A DNA stretch of 64,000 bases from NCBI RefSeq assembly GCF_001949145.1, contig NW_019091355.1:1945107-2009106 (forward strand), given 5' to 3'. Origin of the DNA: Acanthaster planci (Eukaryota). A program made the position numbers and the translations under genes. The notes beneath the pieces are model-generated. The model worked only from the letters and a program-made list of their open reading frames with translations. It searched no databases and had not been told where the DNA came from. Shown here one piece after another: positions 60,882 to 64,000 of this stretch (positions within the stretch are counted from its first letter, which is position 1; every line of letters starts with the position of its first letter).

Positions 60882-63800
60882 AGTCTACGTCTACAACCAG
60901 GATTTCCCTCCGGAAATAGATCGGCATAAAAATAGTAGATTTCTTTTTATAAACGTGTAGCTGGTGTGAGCCCCGAGGGGAAATATACACGGGAAGGGCA
61001 GTCAAATTTACTTTTTGTAATCAATTATTGCGATGAGTTTGTATCGATTATTCAAGCTTTGATACTTACATACCAGTGTATATGAACCAGAAAATAGCTT
61101 TCCTTCAAACAGAATTAAATCTTTTCCAAAGATTGGTTTTTGAAAGCCTCTCCAAAAGCGAACACTTGAGGGGGCTATTTCACTTATCCGAGCAGAAACA
61201 GTTGATGAGTTCGTAGTATCCACCAAAGATTGTATATCGCCCTCGCACTGGCGCGCCGCTAAACAATCTTCGGTATCCACACAGGACATTGACAGTGAGT
61301 CCTCTTCACACTGTACCGGTATTTCGCTCCATCAGTACAGTGCAGGTAACCTTGGCAGGCATTCTGTTGTCTAAAATGTGCGTGTAGCCTGAACTAGGGC
61401 AGGGCCAGTACTTTGTGGCAACATCCTAGTGTTTGTGTCATATCAGTGAAGTCGGGTGTGTTTTCTTACTCCACCAGGGCTTAACGTGAGGTGTCATCGG
61501 CCTGGAACTAACCTAGAAAATAGAAGCAAGAGCCCCTTGGCTTGAGCAGTTGAGGTGTTTGTTGAGTTGTCAGCGTTGTAACTCATTAGGTAAGTACTAC
61601 AAGGGCCTATAACTACCTCTACTATTCTGCACCGTAGACTTTTATGATCTTATTATGCTTACTGCTCTCCACCTTTTTGATGATTCCGCTTGCTATGGCA
61701 TTTTGAAAGCTGCCCAGTAAACTTACCAGATAAAACATCCGTTTACACTTGCTTAAGCAGATCTTCCTTTAAAGACCCTATTAATAATAGCTAACTTACA
61801 TGAAACTACTGTTCTTGAGTGTATTTTGTAGCATTTAACCATTGGCAAAAAATGAGGTTTTTCTACCCTCCTCACCTTTCATCATGCTCATCCCTCGACG
61901 ATCTGCACACATCTGCATTCTCTTGTGGCTGTACATCACGTGACAAAAACAGGCATGTATTCGTGTTACAAACATTTACATTGCTTTGGATACCATTCCC
62001 AATAATTCTGACTACTCCTGCTAAGATTATGTATAGAGATGTCTGGGAAATCTGTGGTCAGGGAACCACACTATTCACACTAACACTAAGTCACCATCTG
62101 CTTCATATTGTGATTCAAGCTGTATATTAATGTCCTGGAGACGATCTCACGATGCGCTGGTCTCTAGCGGACCATTCACAAAAGCATGCAGTGTCTATAT
62201 GCGCATGCTGACAACTGTTTTCTGAGGGTCTCAATTCAGGCATGCAACATTTCCTCAGCTCCAATCAACTGATTTCCTCGCTTTTCACATCACACTTGTG
62301 CCGTTGAAAATTGAAATCATTCTACAAGTTCCATGCCTGCCAATAGGCTGCTGCGATTCATAAAGGATGCGTATAAAGTTTAAGAATGTGCGTGCAAGTC
62401 CACTGCCACTGCAGTTGATGGAGTAAATCTGTTCTGGGGGGTCTACACCATATATACTCTATATAAGGGGTGATATTCATGATAAAGATGTATATATTTG
62501 CATAATGAGTATCAAATTCATGCAGAATCTTACATCAAAATGAAATTAGTCTACAAATGAAATCTGCATCGTTCCTTCTCTTTTTTCAAAAAATGCTACG
62601 ATACATGTAAAACCCTGATGCAGAATTTGTGCCGTAAGCTTGATGGATCTCGCAAAGATGACGTGATCGTGCTGATCGACAGATCGTGCCCAACAGTACT
62701 ATCTGTGTGCTGCTGTCTTCTTATCAATCAAACATAGCGATTGTTGGGCATGATCTGTGATCACTTGGCAATCAGGTGATTCTCTTTTACATGATGTGTC
62801 GATATTCTGTTCCACTACAACTTTGTCACCTGCCCTAACTGTGTCATGAACACAGCTTGCATGTGAGGACACCGGTCATTACAAATGTGAAGTTTCACCT
62901 CGATCCAACTTACATGTACCTGTATGGTTTGTTGTTAGGGCCATTTGAAGTTCAAGGCCACACATGTGTTGGCCAAAATGCATCGAGCAGATCCACTGAA
63001 GATACACTTTTGCTGACCTGTCTTGGAAAATGGGCACAGTGTGTGTTGTGAGAACGGTGTTTGTACTTAAGGAGTACCTACCGGTACATGTACGTCCAGT
63101 TTTCACAAAATTGGTGTCAAAATGATCGCATCATGTTACTGAAAAACTCCTGAAGGCTCAGTGCCTGAAAATACAAGCATTGTGATGTCAGAGAAAGCGT
63201 TGAGTGTTGGATTCTGCTCCCCCCCCCCGCTCGTTTAGAGTTAAAGGACCAACCGATAGTGCAGCACAATCGACTGATTGTGCCGCAACTTTCATGGTCT
63301 CCTATGCACAATAACCTCCTTGGCAGTGATCCTATAACATGTAGCTTGGCCAACATTAGGCTCAGTCTAGTTGAACATTTGCCAACTTGACTCGCAGTCG
63401 TACATACATGCACCAACTTGATCGTTTGCCAACTTCACCATAGTGCCAAATTTTCATGAGGCCACTCCAAGGTCCCCAGCACTGCTACTACTCCTCAAGA
63501 GGTGGATTGAGGAGCCCAAGTGGCATTGTAATGTAGCTCTCGGGCTTGGCCTCAGTATTTCACCAGCTGAGTGTCAGGGTCTTTTTTACCAGTGCCTTAA
63601 TACTAATGTGCAAATGTCAATTAAGTGGCCATAAAAGCACCCATGGTGTCTGAAACTCTCTGCTTTGTACTGTACACACCCGCCATAGAAAAGATGGTAA
63701 TGATGAGCCCCCTTCTTCCACCCATTAGACCAGGAAGAGTGAGTGATTGGTTAAAAAAAAAAGGCTGTCTGTCCACTGGGTACCTCTACCTTTCAGGAAA

Positions 63801-63946
63801 AGTACTGTACCCTATGTTGAATGCCCCCTCTCCCGTCAAACCGATGGGGGAGGGGAACATTTTCACTTTTTTGTCATTCCAAGTGGAATGTGCCTTGTAC
63901 AGATGTATGTATGTGGCGGTACATGTACATGTATTTCTGGTTTCAG

Positions 63947-63990
63947 GCCTGTTCTGTCATCATAAAGTCTGTACATGATGTCTCGTACTG
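63947..63990 (+). other. Possible small exon of a divergent plus-strand gene
   Basis: TTTCTGGTTTCAG acceptor, ATGATG at 63975, GTAAGC donor at 63991; candidate upstream plus-strand donors near 61345 and 61590. Confidence 0.3.
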
Positions 63991-64000
63991 GTAAGCCAAC

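Overview
Eukaryotic (animal, probably invertebrate) genomic DNA with short spliceosomal introns and two assembly gaps (N at 48916-49547 and 58078-58670). Six spliced protein-coding genes lie head-to-tail on the minus strand: an MS4A/CD20-like four-TM protein, USO1/p115, a ~1214-aa Ser/Arg/charge-rich low-complexity protein, methionine sulfoxide reductase A, inorganic pyrophosphatase and a TSPAN15-like TspanC8 tetraspanin. A divergent plus-strand gene may begin at the right edge. Introns and intergenic DNA carry many small non-autonomous DNA transposons, a tRNA-derived SINE and a GC-rich LTR-like island. The strongest candidate for something new is an MsrA with an intact GCFWG site, an N-terminal signal peptide and a C-terminal KDEL, i.e. 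a predicted ER-luminal MsrA. Other highlights: a U12-type intron in USO1, duplicated alternative TM4/tail exons in the tetraspanin, a MITE that duplicated a splice donor, and two in-frame starts in the pyrophosphatase. All gene models were assembled by eye and family assignments come from recalled motifs, not database searches.
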